DNA of 64,000 nucleotides from Hyaloraphidium curvatum SAG 235-1 (GCA_025558095.1 JAIVFI010000020.1:1-64000); one strand, 5' to 3'; positions 10,728-22,961 are shown, numbered from the stretch's first letter. The notes: a model not told the origin generated them from the sequence alone. A program made the numbers and translations.

Positions 10728-11072
10728 ATGTCCTCCACGGCCACGGCAACGGCGCCGACGCCCACGCCCTTCCCAGCCGTGCGCCAGCCCTCCGGCGGCA
10801 TCACCGCGCGCATCGCGCTCCCCTTTGCCTTTGTCGCCCTGCTCGCCGCGCTCGTCCTGCTGGTGCTCACAAAGTCGCGGGCACGCGTGGGGGCGGAGGG
10901 CTCGCGCGCGCGGCCCTATTCCGCGTTGTGGTTTCCCTCGCGCAGGGGGGAGAAGCCCAAGGGGTGGGGCGAGCACGGGGAGGTGACTCTGGTGCAGGGG
11001 GTTGCGGTGCCGAGGGACGTCGAGGCGATGAACTCGGAGGTGGCGAGGCCGGAGCCGGCGGTCGTGAGATGA
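10728..11072 (+). CDS. Small single-pass membrane protein, paralogue 3 of 3
   Basis: Starts MSSTATATAPTPTP. TM segment IALPFAFVALLAALVLLVL, then RARVGAEG and WGEHGEVTLV. Confidence 0.7.
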   Translation: MSSTATATAPTPTPFPAVRQPSGGITARIALPFAFVALLAALVLLVLTKSRARVGAEGSRARPYSALWFPSRRGEKPKGWGEHGEVTLVQGVAVPRDVEAMNSEVARPEPAVVR

Positions 11073-11742
11073 CGGAGGACCGAGGACTCTTTTTTGGAGG
11101 ATTGGTCGCGTCGGACGATGTTCGAACGGACCGGTCTGCCTAGGACGCTCCGCGAATCGGGAAGATCGCCCCCGAAAGAGGGTGGTCCGCACCTGGAAGC
11201 CTCTTCTGCGGCAAAAGGGGATCCCGGGACGTGGCACGAGCGGGCAATGGCAAGCGCACGCATCACATCTCGTCGCCGGCGGGCTCCATTCTTGGTCTGC
11301 TGCCATGGAAATCCTCCTCTCCAGCACATGGTCCACCAGGCCCGCGCGCCTATTTCCACCGTCGACACCCCGATGGATGAGGTGCCTCCGGCATCGAGCT
11401 CCGTGAAACGGCACCATCAGCGAGCGGAGATCCGACCAACGGGATCCGGCTATGCCTGGGGGAACAGCGACCCGAGATCGCTTGTCTCGGGGGGCGGCGC
11501 CACCGGAGGCGGCAGCCAGGCGCAAAAACACGAGGGAGAGGTAGAAGTCGCGGCGCCCGGATAAGCAATTGGATAATCAACGCAGAGATCCATTGGTGTC
11601 AAGAGGAGGAATGCGCCGGCCTAGAACAAGCCCTGTCCAGGAGCAACCGCAGCACCGCGGGGTCCAGGTCCACGACGCGAAAAGTAGCACTCGCGCCCCA
11701 GCAGCGAAGCAAAAGCCAAGGTGCTTGACGATCATGAGCTCC

Positions 11743-12757
11743 TCAAACGAGCTCTGGCGCCTTCTCCCGGCTCGCAAGGTACTCGTACCCGTACTCCTTC
11801 AGCATGAACGCGGTCGACAGCATCACCGCATTGGCCGGGATCGCGCGGGCCATGCACGCGCTGAACCCGCGCGTGAACCTCCGCCAGCCGCCCTCGGCGT
11901 AGAGCTTCCGGAACGCGTCCGCCATCCCCGCGTACTTCTTCTTCCCCGGGGTCATGCTGTCCCCCTGCAGCGCGGACTTGACCACGTCCAAGGGGTAGGT
12001 CACGGCCCAATAGAGCACGCCCCCGATGGAGCCGGCGACCATGGTGGCCGGCAGGCCGATCTTGGACGGGTCCATGCCGCGGTGCTTGGCCCACTCCCGG
12101 CGCGAGGCCTCGAAGGCGCCGATGTGGAAGAAGCCCGAGATGGTGTTGCGGAGGATGTGCGGGGCAAAGCCCGTGTAGAGGGAGAGGAAGCCGTACTTTC
12201 GCGGCGCGCGGGCGACAAAGTCGATCACGTTCCTGAACTCGGGCACGTAGCCGGGGATGCTCTTCTGCTTCACGATCTCGACCTGCATCTGGCTGCTGGC
12301 CACGTTGATTGGGGCCTCGAGGAGCGTGCCCGCTGCCCACGAGAGCGAGCCGCCGATGCCGTAGTCGATGTAGGAGAGTTTCCCGTCCGCCCGGGGGAAG
12401 AAGCTACCGTGCCGGGCCACGTAGGCCAGGTAGGCCGAGTTCCCGAGGAAGATGGAGGTCCGGAAGGGCAGCTGCATCACCAGCGGTGCCGTGACGCCGG
12501 TGTAGAACCCGCGGATGCCCTCCCACTTTGCCGTCTTGATAACGGCGTCGGCGAGCCCGTTGTAGATGTTGTTGGGGGGCGACGGCTGGGTCTGCATGCG
12601 GACCTTGATTGTTTCCATCGGGTAGCCGACTGGAGAGTCACAGCGGGTGAGCGAGACGGCGAGCAGGAGACGCGGGGAGCGGAACGGGCCACGCACCCAG
12701 AATGACGGCCAGCCCGGCCACCGTGCCACTTCCGAGTTCCACTGCAAGCTTGTCCAT
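11743..12757 (-). CDS. Mitochondrial carrier family (SLC25) protein, carnitine/amino-acid carrier-like, 2 exons
   Basis: MDKLAVELGSGTVAGLAVIL, intron 12630-12696, then VGYPMETIKVRMQ. Px[DE]xx[KR]-type motifs (YPMETIK, YPLDVVKS) and RAIPANA. Confidence 0.92.
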
Positions 12758-13237
12758 GGCGAGGGCGGGGGAGATTCGCGTCCGGGGAACGGTCTAGGCG
12801 ACTCCGGAGCGGGGGGCAGGCCAGGGTCTCCCGCGGTCAAGAGTCCGTGGAGAAGGCCTGAGCTCGCGGGATGAAGGAGCCGCGGCAGTAAATGCTCCGG
12901 TGTCACGGGGATGCGCTCTCCTGGCGTGTCTCTGTGTGTGGAGGACGGGGCAGGCGGGCGCAAAGGCGGCGGAGTGGCGCCACCGCGCGGACACCGGCGG
13001 CAAATCACGGTCAGTGGCTCAGGTCGAAAGCACCGCCAGGGAGGATCTGAGTTCGAGAATCGAGAGATTCACGCTTCAGATTCACCAGCCTTTCATTGGA
13101 AGACGACTACGTTGTCCATCCGCATCCCAGACCTTGCCATTCGCCATCTGACGAAGCGAGCAATCGGCCACGCGCCACTCCGCAAACTCGTCTCGCGTCT
13201 CAAGAAAATGCCGCTCCACTAAGGGGACCGGCCAGAG

Positions 13238-13990
13238 CTAGCGCAGCATCTCGATCTAGCCCTCGAACATGATTTCCTGCGCCAGCTCCGGAGGAAGGCC
13301 ACCGATCGACCCGTTGGCGATCCACCTCCTCCACCTCGCGACCTCGAGCACGTCGTCCATCAAAGTACGGTACCGATTCTCCCCGCCGCCGCGCAGCGCC
13401 TTGCGCAGGACGCTGCTCGGCCCCCGAGCCCCATAGAACAGCAGGAGGAGCACGAGCCAGCGGACCCGCGCAGGGGTGAGCTTCGCCTCGCATCCGGCGG
13501 AGATGAGCGCCGCGAGATCGGTGCATCCGGCGCCGGCGCCACCCGTGATCCCCGCGACGCGGGCGAGGACGAGCCGCGCGGAGAAGAAGACGCTGCGGAG
13601 GGCGCGGAAGCCGCCGCCTGTGAGGTAGGGCAGAGCGCCGCCACCGAGGTCCAGGCAGGTGGAGACGAGCGCGGCGTCGGCGTCGACGATGCCGCGGTCC
13701 AACATCTCGAAGTAGATAGTAGGCTCCCTCCAATAATCCAAGGCACGGTTCCGAATCAAGAGAAGGACATCGCGCGGCCATGTGCTCGTCGTTCCGGGAA
13801 AAATCGTGAAACATCCTGCAGGAATGGCGCGCCGTCGCGTAGCAAGGGTCCTGCGACTCGAGAACGTAACCGAAATGAGCTCTCCATGTTACTTGGGTGG
13901 GTCCTTGGCCGAGTTGTTCCCCTCCAGGAGCGAAACTTTGTAGTTTGGGATTATCGTGGAGCTGGCCATCAACATTCGCCAAGAACGCGA
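13238..13990 (-). pseudogene. Family X copy 5, 5'-truncated, frameshifted, premature stop
   Basis: DGQLHD...GQGPTQVTWRAHF...RMFHDF, frameshift near 13770, then YRTLMDDVLEVARWRRWIANGSIGGLPPELAQEIMFEG*IEMLR*. Confidence 0.82.
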
Positions 13991-14094
13991 GCACGTCCCT
14001 CGCGATCCTCCGAGAAACACGTCCTGTGCGCCAGTCTCCTTTTTACGCGTTACTTTTCATTCTCTCGAACGTCCCCGATTTGGTGCACGCCAGG

Positions 14095-14762
14095 ATGGCC
14101 CGGCACCGCCCCTCGCCCCCCCGCTTCCTCCCCCTCCTCGCGCTCCTGCTCGCCGTCCTCCTCGCCTCCCCAGCCCTGCGTTCCCCTTTCTCGGGATCAC
14201 GAACGGGCCTCGTGCTATTTGCCGCGGCGGATGACACGGCCGACGCGTCCGCCGAGCCCGGGTCGGCAGCGGAAGCGCTGAGCGAGGAGGCCGTCTCCAA
14301 GATGAAGATCAAGGAGCTCAAAGCGGGTCTCTCTCTCCCTTCCATTCCATTCCGCGGCTAATTGTTTTATGTAACAGAAATTCCTCGCCGACAGGGGGCA
14401 GGCCTGCGCCGGCTGCGCCGAGAAGCGGGACTACGTCGAGGTGGCGCTCGCCGCGCGGGAGCTCCCCATCGTCGAGCGGCCGCCGGAGCCGGAGAAGCCG
14501 AGGGCGTCGCCCGAGATGAACGAGGACGAGAACAAGGTGATAGAGGAGCTGTTGGGTGGGTCCCTTCCGTCATGCCGGTCGCGGCTTTAGCGCTCACCCA
14601 GGTACCGCGCCAGCCAAGATGAAGCAGAGCGGCCAGCCCATGCCCAAGATCCTGCGGGCCGAGGACATCGCCAAGATGGCGGGGGACAAGGAAAAGTTCG
14701 CCAGGTTCATGGCCCAGGACGGCGGCGGGGCGGCGGGGAACCAGGAGCGGGACGAGCTCTGA
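14095..14762 (+). CDS. ER-luminal protein with an ARMET/MANF-like SAP domain (CxxC) and C-terminal RDEL, 3 exons
   Basis: Signal peptide, then KMKIKELK|KFLADRGQACAGCAEKRDYV, ending RDEL*. The first intron (14323-14377) needs a GC donor. Confidence 0.8.
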
Positions 14763-14815
14763 GCGGGGCGGCGGGAACACCTTCTCCAACGAACCACATG
14801 GAATGGATAAACAAA

Positions 14816-15971
14816 TCACGCCTGGAACAGCCTGCCGACGAGCTCCACCATCCTCTCCGGGTCGGACATGAACACGTCGTGCCCCGCGCCCTCGACCGAC
14901 ACCAGCTCCGCGTTGGGCGCCAGCGCGAGCAGCTTGCGGTGTAGCTCGTAGGGCACCACAGTGTCCTCGGTGCCCCAGATGACCAGTGTGCGGTACGGCC
15001 GGTCGGCCAGCTTCCTGAACTGCTCGATCCGGGGAAAGGGTCAGCGGCGTCCCGCAGCCGTCCAGCCCAGCACCACCCACCGTCTCTTCCTGCCCGCTGA
15101 CAACCCCGTCCGACACGGATCTTAGCAGCGCCCTCGTGTACCCCTTGTGCAGCCTCATCTGCAGGTCCTGAAGCTCGTTGGCCTGCCTCACGGCCGGGTG
15201 CATCGCTGCCTCCGCTGCCGAGTAGCCCCCGCGGGACTTGAACGCCGCCGCCAATATCGGAGTAAAGTTATCCACCAGGAATGCGCCGAGGTATGGGGTG
15301 GAGAGCAGGCTCAGGCCGCCGGAGGGGGCCAAAAGGCCAGCGGGGGCAACCAGGGCGAGCTGCTTTACGCGCTCGGGGCGGGTGACGGCGTAGTGTGCCG
15401 CTACGGGCCCTCCCATGCTGATTCCAAGCGCAGTAAAGCCGTTCTTAAAGTGCTGCTCGGCGCGGGGCAGCGAGGAGAGCAGCTCGTCGAGCATCCCACC
15501 GTAGAGCTTCAGGTCGTACGGCCCGCCGTTGGACGCCCCGTCCGTCCTTCCCCGCCCATAGTGGTCGAAGATGAGCACCAGCAGATTGGGTCGGGAAGCC
15601 GATATTTTCGACAGGACCTCGGCATAGGGCGGCGAGGGCGTCGATATCCCGTGGACAATCACCAGCATCCCCTCGTCCGAGCTGTCCGGCGGCGACAGCG
15701 GATCCGCCGCCTTCCCGCCCTTGAACAGGTTGAAGTGCACCCTGCCCCGGCTCAGCCACGCGTAATGCGAGCCCGGGAGCGCGTCGGCGGGGTACAGCCG
15801 CTCGAGGAGGGCGCGGTCGGCGGGGGAGAGGTCGGCAAAGGCGGGGTCGTCCGGCTTGGGGAGGCCCGGCGCCGGGACGGTGGGGAGCAGGGCGCGGAAG
15901 GCATAGAGGCCCGCAAAGGCGAGGGCAGTGCCCGCTGCCACGTAGGACACGCGTTCGGCCGTCGTCGGCAT
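14816..15971 (-). CDS. Alpha/beta hydrolase with an N-terminal membrane anchor, 2 exons
   Basis: Motifs VHGIS, FDHYGRGRT, nucleophile GISMGG, IWGTEDTVVP, GAGH. Intron at about 15020-15080. Confidence 0.9.
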
Positions 15972-16146
15972 AGTTTTGTTGGTCGGACCCTGATCGGTCG
16001 CGATTCGCGCGCCTCATTTCCTTCCCCGCCGACAGTCGGCGACCGAATGCTTGCAGCCAGGGACTGTTCCGGCACAAGAAACACATTGAATCGATTGACA
16101 GTCCGTGATCCATAGATACATGGTGGTTTCCGGCACCGCTGCGTTC

Positions 16147-17606
16147 TTACCTGTCCTTCAGCAGTGCCATCCACGCCTCGAACATGATCGCTCGCCCCAG
16201 CTCGGGCGGCAGCCCCCCGATCGCCCCCGTCGCGACCCACCGCTTCCACCGTGCGACTTCGAGCACGTCGTCCATGAGCCGCCGGTACCCGCAGGCGGCG
16301 CCCACCAGCGGCCCTCGGCGGCGCCACCCGGCCGGCCTGCGGGGGCCGAACGAGAGCAGGAGGAGAAGGTAGCTCCGCCACCTGACTGGCTGCATCCGCT
16401 CGTCGCGCCGCGAGTCGACGATGAAGAACGGGCCGGTGGGGTGGCCGCCGACCTCGACCTCGACCGGGCCGGCGAGCATCCGCACGAGCTGGGCGAGCTC
16501 ATCGGTGTAGGCCTCGCTGTCGTTGCTACCGGAAGACATGCGTTCAAGAAGCAGCTTTAGGGAGAGGAACAGGTCCCGCCTTCCCTGGTAGGTCGAGATG
16601 TACTTTACAGCCGGTTCGTCGAGGTCCAGGATCGAGTGCACCAAGGGGAACCCGCATTCGACGCATCCCAAATCGAGGAAAAGCTTGTAGACGGCCGGGT
16701 TCCTCCAGGTCTTCAGCGCGTGGGGCCGCATCCACAGCGCAACTTCCCTCCGCACCACCCCGTCGCCCCCGAAAAAGTCCTCGAGCATGCGCAGAAAGTA
16801 TCGCGACCCCAGAGCCTGGCCCGGCCACTTGGTGAGGGGCTCGAAGAACCGCATCCACGTCCTGGCGGTGGGCCCATGGCCGTGGGACCTCATCGCGCGG
16901 TACGTCGTCCAGTAGCCCCAGTTGACGAGCAGAGGCGTAGCCAACGGATCGCCCTCGAACGTCTTTTCGTCGTCGGCGCTCGCAAGCTGGTCCCAGAGCA
17001 CCGGGTAGCGGGGAAACCTCGCAAACAGCTTGCAAAACAGGACGTCGAAGCAGCGCCGGCACGCATCCTCGCTCCGCCCGAGGTCCGCCGCCGACATCCC
17101 CGTCCAGGAGGCGTATCCCTCGTCGGGATCGTGCGTCTCGATGTCCTGGTTGGCAAGCACGGCGAGGTACCGCTTTGCGCCCTCGCGGTCGTCCAGCGAC
17201 GCCAGCCAGCCGTCCCCCGGGTCCGAGGACTCCAGCCTCGCCGCGTTGTCGAGCATCCACGCGAGCGTGGGGTGGGCAAAGTGCTCCAGGGCGGCGCGGA
17301 ACGCGTCGCCGAGGTGGAACGGGCCCACGAGCTCCGCCCACGCCGCGAGGAAGCCGGCGTGCCCGCCCGCGGCGGCGAGGTCCGTCGGCGACCAGTCTTG
17401 CGCCCGCGCGCCCTCCGGCTTGGGCCACGCCGGGTTCGAGAAGCGGGCACCGCGGATCGCGGAAAGGCAGGCGGTGCGCGCCGCGCCGTCGGCGCGGACG
17501 CGAGCAGTTCCCGCAGCGGGTCGCCGGAGCCGCTCACGGCAGCGGCCAGCACGGCATTGTCGGTTTCCAGGACGCGGTTCGCGAGGCGGCGGAGGGCGAT
17601 GGACAT
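16147..17606 (-). pseudogene. Family X copy 6, one frameshift near the 5' end
   Basis: MSIALRRLANRVLETDNAVLAAAVSG, frame switch near 17490, then WSPTDLAAAGGHAGFLAAW...LEVARWKRWVATGAIGGLPPELGRAIMFEAWMALLKDR*. Confidence 0.82.
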
Positions 17607-17804
17607 GTTTGACCGGGGGTTCCGGGTGCGGTTCGGTTTCGGGGACAAGGGGAAGGGCGGCTGGCTGGCCGGAGCTAGAGCTCCCGCCCAGGCGATCACA
17701 ATAAATAGGTGCTTCGGACGCGAGCCGCGCCATGATTTGCCTGTTTCGGCAAGGCACTTCTCGCCAGACGCCGTGGTCTCGCCCAAGCGAACGGATCCAT
17801 CATG

Positions 17805-18826
17805 TTACATGAGCTTGATCATGAACCCCGTGTCCCCCACCTCTTTGATCCTCTCCTCCGTATACGCCGTCGTGGGGTGCGCCCTGACCATCCCATCAAC
17901 GTACTCGGCGTCCTTCCCTATCAATATCCTCCACCTGCCCTGCTCCACCCCGTCCAGGATCTCCACGGCCGCCTGCTCCGCCGAAACCGGCGCGTTGTCC
18001 ACGAAGGCCTTCTGCAGCGGCGGGGCAGCTTCCATCCCGGTGACGATCGAGGCGTTGCCGACGATGCCGGTGCCGATGTATCCGGGCATCACGAGGTGCG
18101 CGGTGACGTGGGGCGCGTGGGTGCGGAGGTCGAGGAGGAGGGATTCGGTGAACCCGCGGACGGCGAACTTGGCTGTTGCGTCTAGAGTGCACGGGGGTAT
18201 TAGGCTGCTCGGAGGCGGGAATCTTGATCCCGACCAGCAGGGGCAAGGAGAGCTACCCACATGCGGACTGCGGCCCTCCCGGGTAGATCGGGGAAACCGC
18301 CCAGAACCCGTTCACGCTCGACGTGTTCACGATCTTGGCTTCCTTGGCCTTGACAAGATCCCCGATGAAGGTGCGGCAGCCGTAATAGACCCCGAAGAAG
18401 TCGATGTTGAAGGTCCTGTCCCATTCCGCGCGCGAGCTCGACATGAAGGAGAACCCGCCGCCGACGCCTGCGTTGTTGAAGAGCATGTTGATCTGAATCC
18501 AATTGAGGAGGAAGGTTCGATGGCGTGAATTGGGGAATACTACGCGTCGTCCCCGGGGTGTCTCCCACCTCGCGCTCCGCCCCGTGCTCCTCCAACACCT
18601 CGCTCCGGAACCTCGCCCAGTCACTTTCCACGCCCACATCGCACACATGCCCGGTGACCTTTCCGTTTCCCGCCTTCTTGGCCTCGCCCAGCGCCCCCGA
18701 TACGCGGTCTTTGGAAATGTCGCAGAAGGCGACGCTCGCCCCGCGCTTGAGGAGGTGGCGGACGAGGTGCAGGCCCATGCCCGAGGCCCCGCCCGAGACG
18801 ATTGCGAACTTGTTTACGAGGGACAT
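17805..18826 (-). CDS. Short-chain dehydrogenase/reductase, 3 exons
   Basis: Motifs SGGASGMG, LFNNAGVG, IVNTSSVNG and a spliced YxxxK (PQSAY-ATAKFAVRGFTESL). Confidence 0.92.
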
Positions 18827-18963
18827 TGCGCGGGGAGGAGAGGATGGCAGTCGGGATTTGGGCTCGACAGTGGAGGCAAGGAAGTGAGGAAGTGATCCCG
18901 CCCGCCTTGTCGGTAAACAAGTTCTGAGTGTCCCCCGCGAGTCCACCGCGCCCGCCGCGAACC

Positions 18964-19458
18964 ATGGCCGCCGCCGCGGCATTGCCCGACCACGTGCGGG
19001 TGCTGCGTGCGCTGGGCGGCGCAACCGACGGCCCCGCCGTGCTGGTCGCGCGGCCGCGGCGCACCGGCGCGCTCTTCCGCCACGTGCCGTGCCGCGGCGC
19101 GCGGTGCGGGGCGGACCTCAAGGACGCGATCGCGCGCGAGCTCGGCCTCCCGAGGCTGCACCGGGCGCACCTCGATCTGCGGCGGCTGCCCGGCACGGGA
19201 CCCCCCGGGGAGCGCGACGTCGCATTGCTCGACGGTCTGCAGGGCGCCTGGACGCTGGCCCTGCCCGGGGGCTACTTCCCCGAGAAGGTGCTCGACGCCG
19301 ACCCCTTCCCCGATCCCTCGCGGGCCTTGGGCCACGGCTCCTTCCTCGTCGCGGCCATCGAACCCGAGTGGTCGTGGAAGCTCATGGCCGCGGACATGGC
19401 GTGCGACTTGGGAATCCCCGTTTATGAGCCGTTGTACGACAGGTGTTACGGCTCCTGA
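18964..19458 (+). CDS. Hypothetical protein, possible ubiquitin-like (Crinkler N-terminal-like) fold
   Basis: Coding-like GC3. The segment FRHV...GADLKDAIARELGL...HLDLRRL resembles beta-grasp 'V.DLK.AI' patterns. Confidence 0.5.
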   Translation: MAAAAALPDHVRVLRALGGATDGPAVLVARPRRTGALFRHVPCRGARCGADLKDAIARELGLPRLHRAHLDLRRLPGTGPPGERDVALLDGLQGAWTLALPGGYFPEKVLDADPFPDPSRALGHGSFLVAAIEPEWSWKLMAADMACDLGIPVYEPLYDRCYGS

Positions 19459-19570
19459 AATCTGCCCCGGGTGCGCCGGTTCATAGAGGGGCCAGCATGG
19501 GGAGCACACATCAGATCCGTTCAGGTGGTCCACGTCATCGGTCAACAAACCCCAGAGTGCGAAAGGAACC

Positions 19571-19885
19571 ATGAGCATGCGGTTTATCGTTCGCCGCAAC
19601 TACTCCGAGGACATGATCGATCTTCAAGTGCCAGCAACAACCGCAGCCGACCTTCGCGCTGCGGTTTGCGCCGAGCAACGCTTCGCGTCTTTGTTTCCAT
19701 TCCGATTGGTCCACGTGGGGAACGCTGAGATCCGTGACCGGAACGAAGTTTTCCGAATCTGCTCCAACCCAGACAACTACATTTTGGACGGAGATCTGGT
19801 GCCGGACGTGACGCGCCCGCGGGGAGGCCTCGTGAACGGTTCCGTGATCGCTGTAGTACCTGCTCCAGAAGGTGCGTGGGCGTGA
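19571..19885 (+). CDS. Small ubiquitin-like (beta-grasp) protein
   Basis: MRFIVRR...IDLQVPATTAADLRAAV...FRLVHVG...GLVNGSVIAVVP follows the Ubl pattern. No C-terminal GG. Confidence 0.5.
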   Translation: MSMRFIVRRNYSEDMIDLQVPATTAADLRAAVCAEQRFASLFPFRLVHVGNAEIRDRNEVFRICSNPDNYILDGDLVPDVTRPRGGLVNGSVIAVVPAPEGAWA

Positions 19886-20194
19886 CTCCAACAGAGCAGG
19901 GCCAATCTGAGGTAGCGCCTTGCAGCTTGGTTCGTTGCGGCATCTGGAACCTCATTGCTGGCAGCGTCGGCTGCGGTGGTTACTGTTCGCGACGCCCTAG
20001 GATTCTCCCTGTTTCTGGTTGCGCTTTTGGCCGCTGCTTTTGTGTTCTTGGGGAACATCCTTGCTATGCCGCGCGTGAGATGACGATATTGCTCACGCGG
20101 AGGAGGATCGGACAGGGGGGGACCGCGGAAGACGATCAGTCCGGGCCACTCAAACTACTGTACTATAGACGGCATTGGAGTCCTCGGCCGGTCC

Positions 20195-21522
20195 TCACCG
20201 CAGCATCTCGATCCATGTTTCGAACATGATCTCCTGCGCCAGCTCGGACGGAAGCCCGCCGATGGACCCGTTCGCGATCCACCGCTTCCACCTCGCGACC
20301 TCGACCACGTGTCCATCAGGCCGGGGTACCTGTCCTCGCCCGCGTCCTCGAGCGTCTTCTCCAGCAACCGCCCCCTTCCACCGGCCCCGAAAAAGAGCAG
20401 CAGCAGCACGTAGCTGCGCCGCCGGTAGACCGACGACGCGGAATCCTGCACCGCCTCGAGCATGGCTGCGAGGTCGTTGGATCCGGCACCGGCGCCGCCC
20501 AATCGCGCAGCGAGGCGGGAGAGGATCAGGCGGAGGGAGAGGAAGAGGTCGCGGCGGCCCTCGTAGCATCCGCAGTATTCGAGATAGAGCAGGTCCGGAA
20601 GCGCGCCGGTGTTGAGGCACGAGGCGAGGAGGGAGGCATCGAGGCGTACAAGGTCATTATCCAAGAGCAACCGGAACACCTCTGGGCTCTTCCAAAACAC
20701 GAGCGCATGCGGACGGACCCAGGAAAGGATCTGCAGCCTCGTTGCGGGGTCGCTGGGGAAGAAATCGCCCAAAAGGCGAACGAAGAACCGGGCAGCCAAG
20801 TGCGTATCAAACCAATCCTCAATGGGGCAGAAAAAAGCGCGCCAAGTCTGTGCAGTTGGGCCGTGGCGGAGCTCTTTCACGCCTTTGTAGATAGTCCAGC
20901 GGCCGATGGTCAGGAACGCAGTACCCTGGTCGTTGAACTGGTCCTCCAGCGTCGGATACCCCTCGAACTTGGCAAAGAGGAGGTCCGCAAAACTACAAAA
21001 GCACGACAGACATGCCTCACGACTGAACGCGGGGTCGGGTATGTGATTCGGGGCTTCCTGGCTTGCCAGGAACCCGAGATGCTTTTTGGCGAGGCGCACG
21101 TCCGACAGCGTAGGGTGCCAAGCGTTCCCGAGATCCGCGTCCTGAAGGTGCGCCGCGTTCGCGAGCATCCAAGCTACGCTCCGATCGGCGAGCCAATAGA
21201 TTGCGGAATCGAACGCGCTCGCGAGGCGGAACGGGCCAACAAGCTCGGCCCATGCGGCCAGGAACTCCGTGTGGTTGCCGGCGGCCGCGAGATCCGTTGC
21301 CGAATAGTCCGCATCCTCGGGCACAGTGATGTCCTCCGCGCACGGCTCCGGGTCCGTGAACCGTGCGGCCTGCAGCGCCGCGAGCTTCTCCTCCCGACCC
21401 GGCGCGCCGGGCTGAGGCACCAGCGCGCGCAGCAGCTCCACGCTCCCCGACGCGCCGGCGTGGATAATTGGAAGCTCCTTGGCGTTCAGAGCGCGGTAAC
21501 AGACGTGGTATTCCGGGAACAT
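20195..21522 (-). pseudogene. Family X copy 7, 1-nt deletion just before the C-terminal motif
   Basis: Starts MFPEYHVCYRALNAKELPIIHAGASG. ATG GAC ACG TGG near 20310 compares with consensus ATG GAC GAC GTG; the other frame gives VVEVARWKRWIANGSIGGLPSELAQEIMFETWIEMLR*. Confidence 0.87.
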
Positions 21523-21661
21523 GGCGGGAAGTGGTCGAGAGGACGCGTCGAAATGTGGGACGCGGGCCCCGAATCGACGGACCCACCCAAGACGGGGTCG
21601 TTCGCTGCGAGCTCTAGAGCGATCAAGCAGGCGACAGAGGGAAACTAGAAGGGAAAATCCA

Positions 21662-22961
21662 TCAGACGTTCGCCAGCTACGCCTGGAACATGATCTCCTG
21701 CGCCAGCTCCGGCGGCAGGCCCCCGATCGCCCGCCTCTCGATCCACCTCTTCCACCTCGCCACCTCGAGCACGTCCTCCATCAATCTCCTGTAGCTGCCT
21801 TTCTTGGCCGTTTTGAGCACGTTGTGGAGGAGCGCGCTCGGGCCGCCGGCGCCGAAGTGGAGCAGGAGGAGAATGAAGCTCCGCTTCCGGCGAAGGGGGG
21901 AGTCGGGGTCCTGCACCTCGGCGACAACGGCGGCGAGGTCATGGGCGTTGGCGCCCGGTCGCGGCCGAGAGCTTCGTGAGGAGAAGGCGGAGGGAGAGGA
22001 AAAGGTCCCGGTGGCCGCTGCGGATCGAAAGATACTGGGAAGCACCGCGGCCCAGGTTCAGGCACGACGATAGAATGCTGGAGTCGCATCGCAAAACGTG
22101 AAGTTCCAGCATCATGCGGTACATCCCGGGGTACCTCCAATTCGCCAGCGCGTAGTCCTTGATCGAGCAGGTGATCTCGTGCGGAGCCGCAAGTCTTCCC
22201 CGAAGAAATCGTGGATCAAAGCAACGATGCGACGGGCACACTTCCGGGGGCTCCTCGCTTTCGGAAAGTTCCGGATCCGGAAAAATGGCCTCCAGTTGCC
22301 TGCCGTCGGCCCGTGCCCCCATGCTCTCAGCTCCTCGTATGTCGTTTCAAGACCCCGGCCGACGATGAATGCCAAGTTCTCGGTCGGAGATTTGATAAAC
22401 TGATCCTCAACGATCGGGTACGACGGGAACTTGGCGAAGAGCGCCGAGTGGAGCAAGCGAAAACAACGCCGGCACGCCTGCCTACTCTGCTTCAGCAGGT
22501 CTTGCGGGGTTCTATACTCGGCTTCTGCCAGTAACGCGACGTAGTCCTTGGCGAGCACTCGGTCCGCAATGGCCTTGCGCCACGTATCGTCCTCGTCGGC
22601 GTCGACCAGCGTGCCAGCGTTTTCCAGCATCCATGCCAGTCAGTCGACGGCAAAGCAGTCCAGGGCCGCGATAAACGCGGTGTGCAGATGGAAAGGGCCT
22701 ACGAGCTCGACCCAGGTCGCCAGGAAGCCCACGTGGTTCCCTGCGGCGGCCACGTCCGTGGCGTCAAAGCTTTCGCTGCCATGAAACCAATCGCACTGGA
22801 CAAGTGCGTCCTGCAGGGCGTCGAGCCGCTCCTCCCTGTCCGCATCCCCAGGCGCGGGCACCAAGCTCCCGCTGCAGCTCCGCGTTGCCTGTCGCGGCCG
22901 CCACCAGCACCGGCGCCGCGGTGGCGCTCTTTAGCACTGCGGCACGGAGGCGGGCAAACAT
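21662..22961 (-). pseudogene. Family X copy 8, multiple frameshifts and stops
   Basis: Starts MFARLRAAVLKSATAAPVLVAAATGN. Pieces lie in several frames, with a TGA at 22640 and the end GGLPPELAQEIMFQA*LANV*. Confidence 0.85.

Noticed and set aside
11094-11564. 156-aa ORF between TM paralogue 3 and the carrier gene
   Set aside because: No recognisable motif and no clear codon bias; not supportable as a gene.
2040-21679. TAG reassigned as a sense codon
   Set aside because: TAG terminates intact genes (36528-36530, 56347-56349). The internal TAGs replace different residues (Glu, Trp) and occur only in family X copies, most with other lesions.
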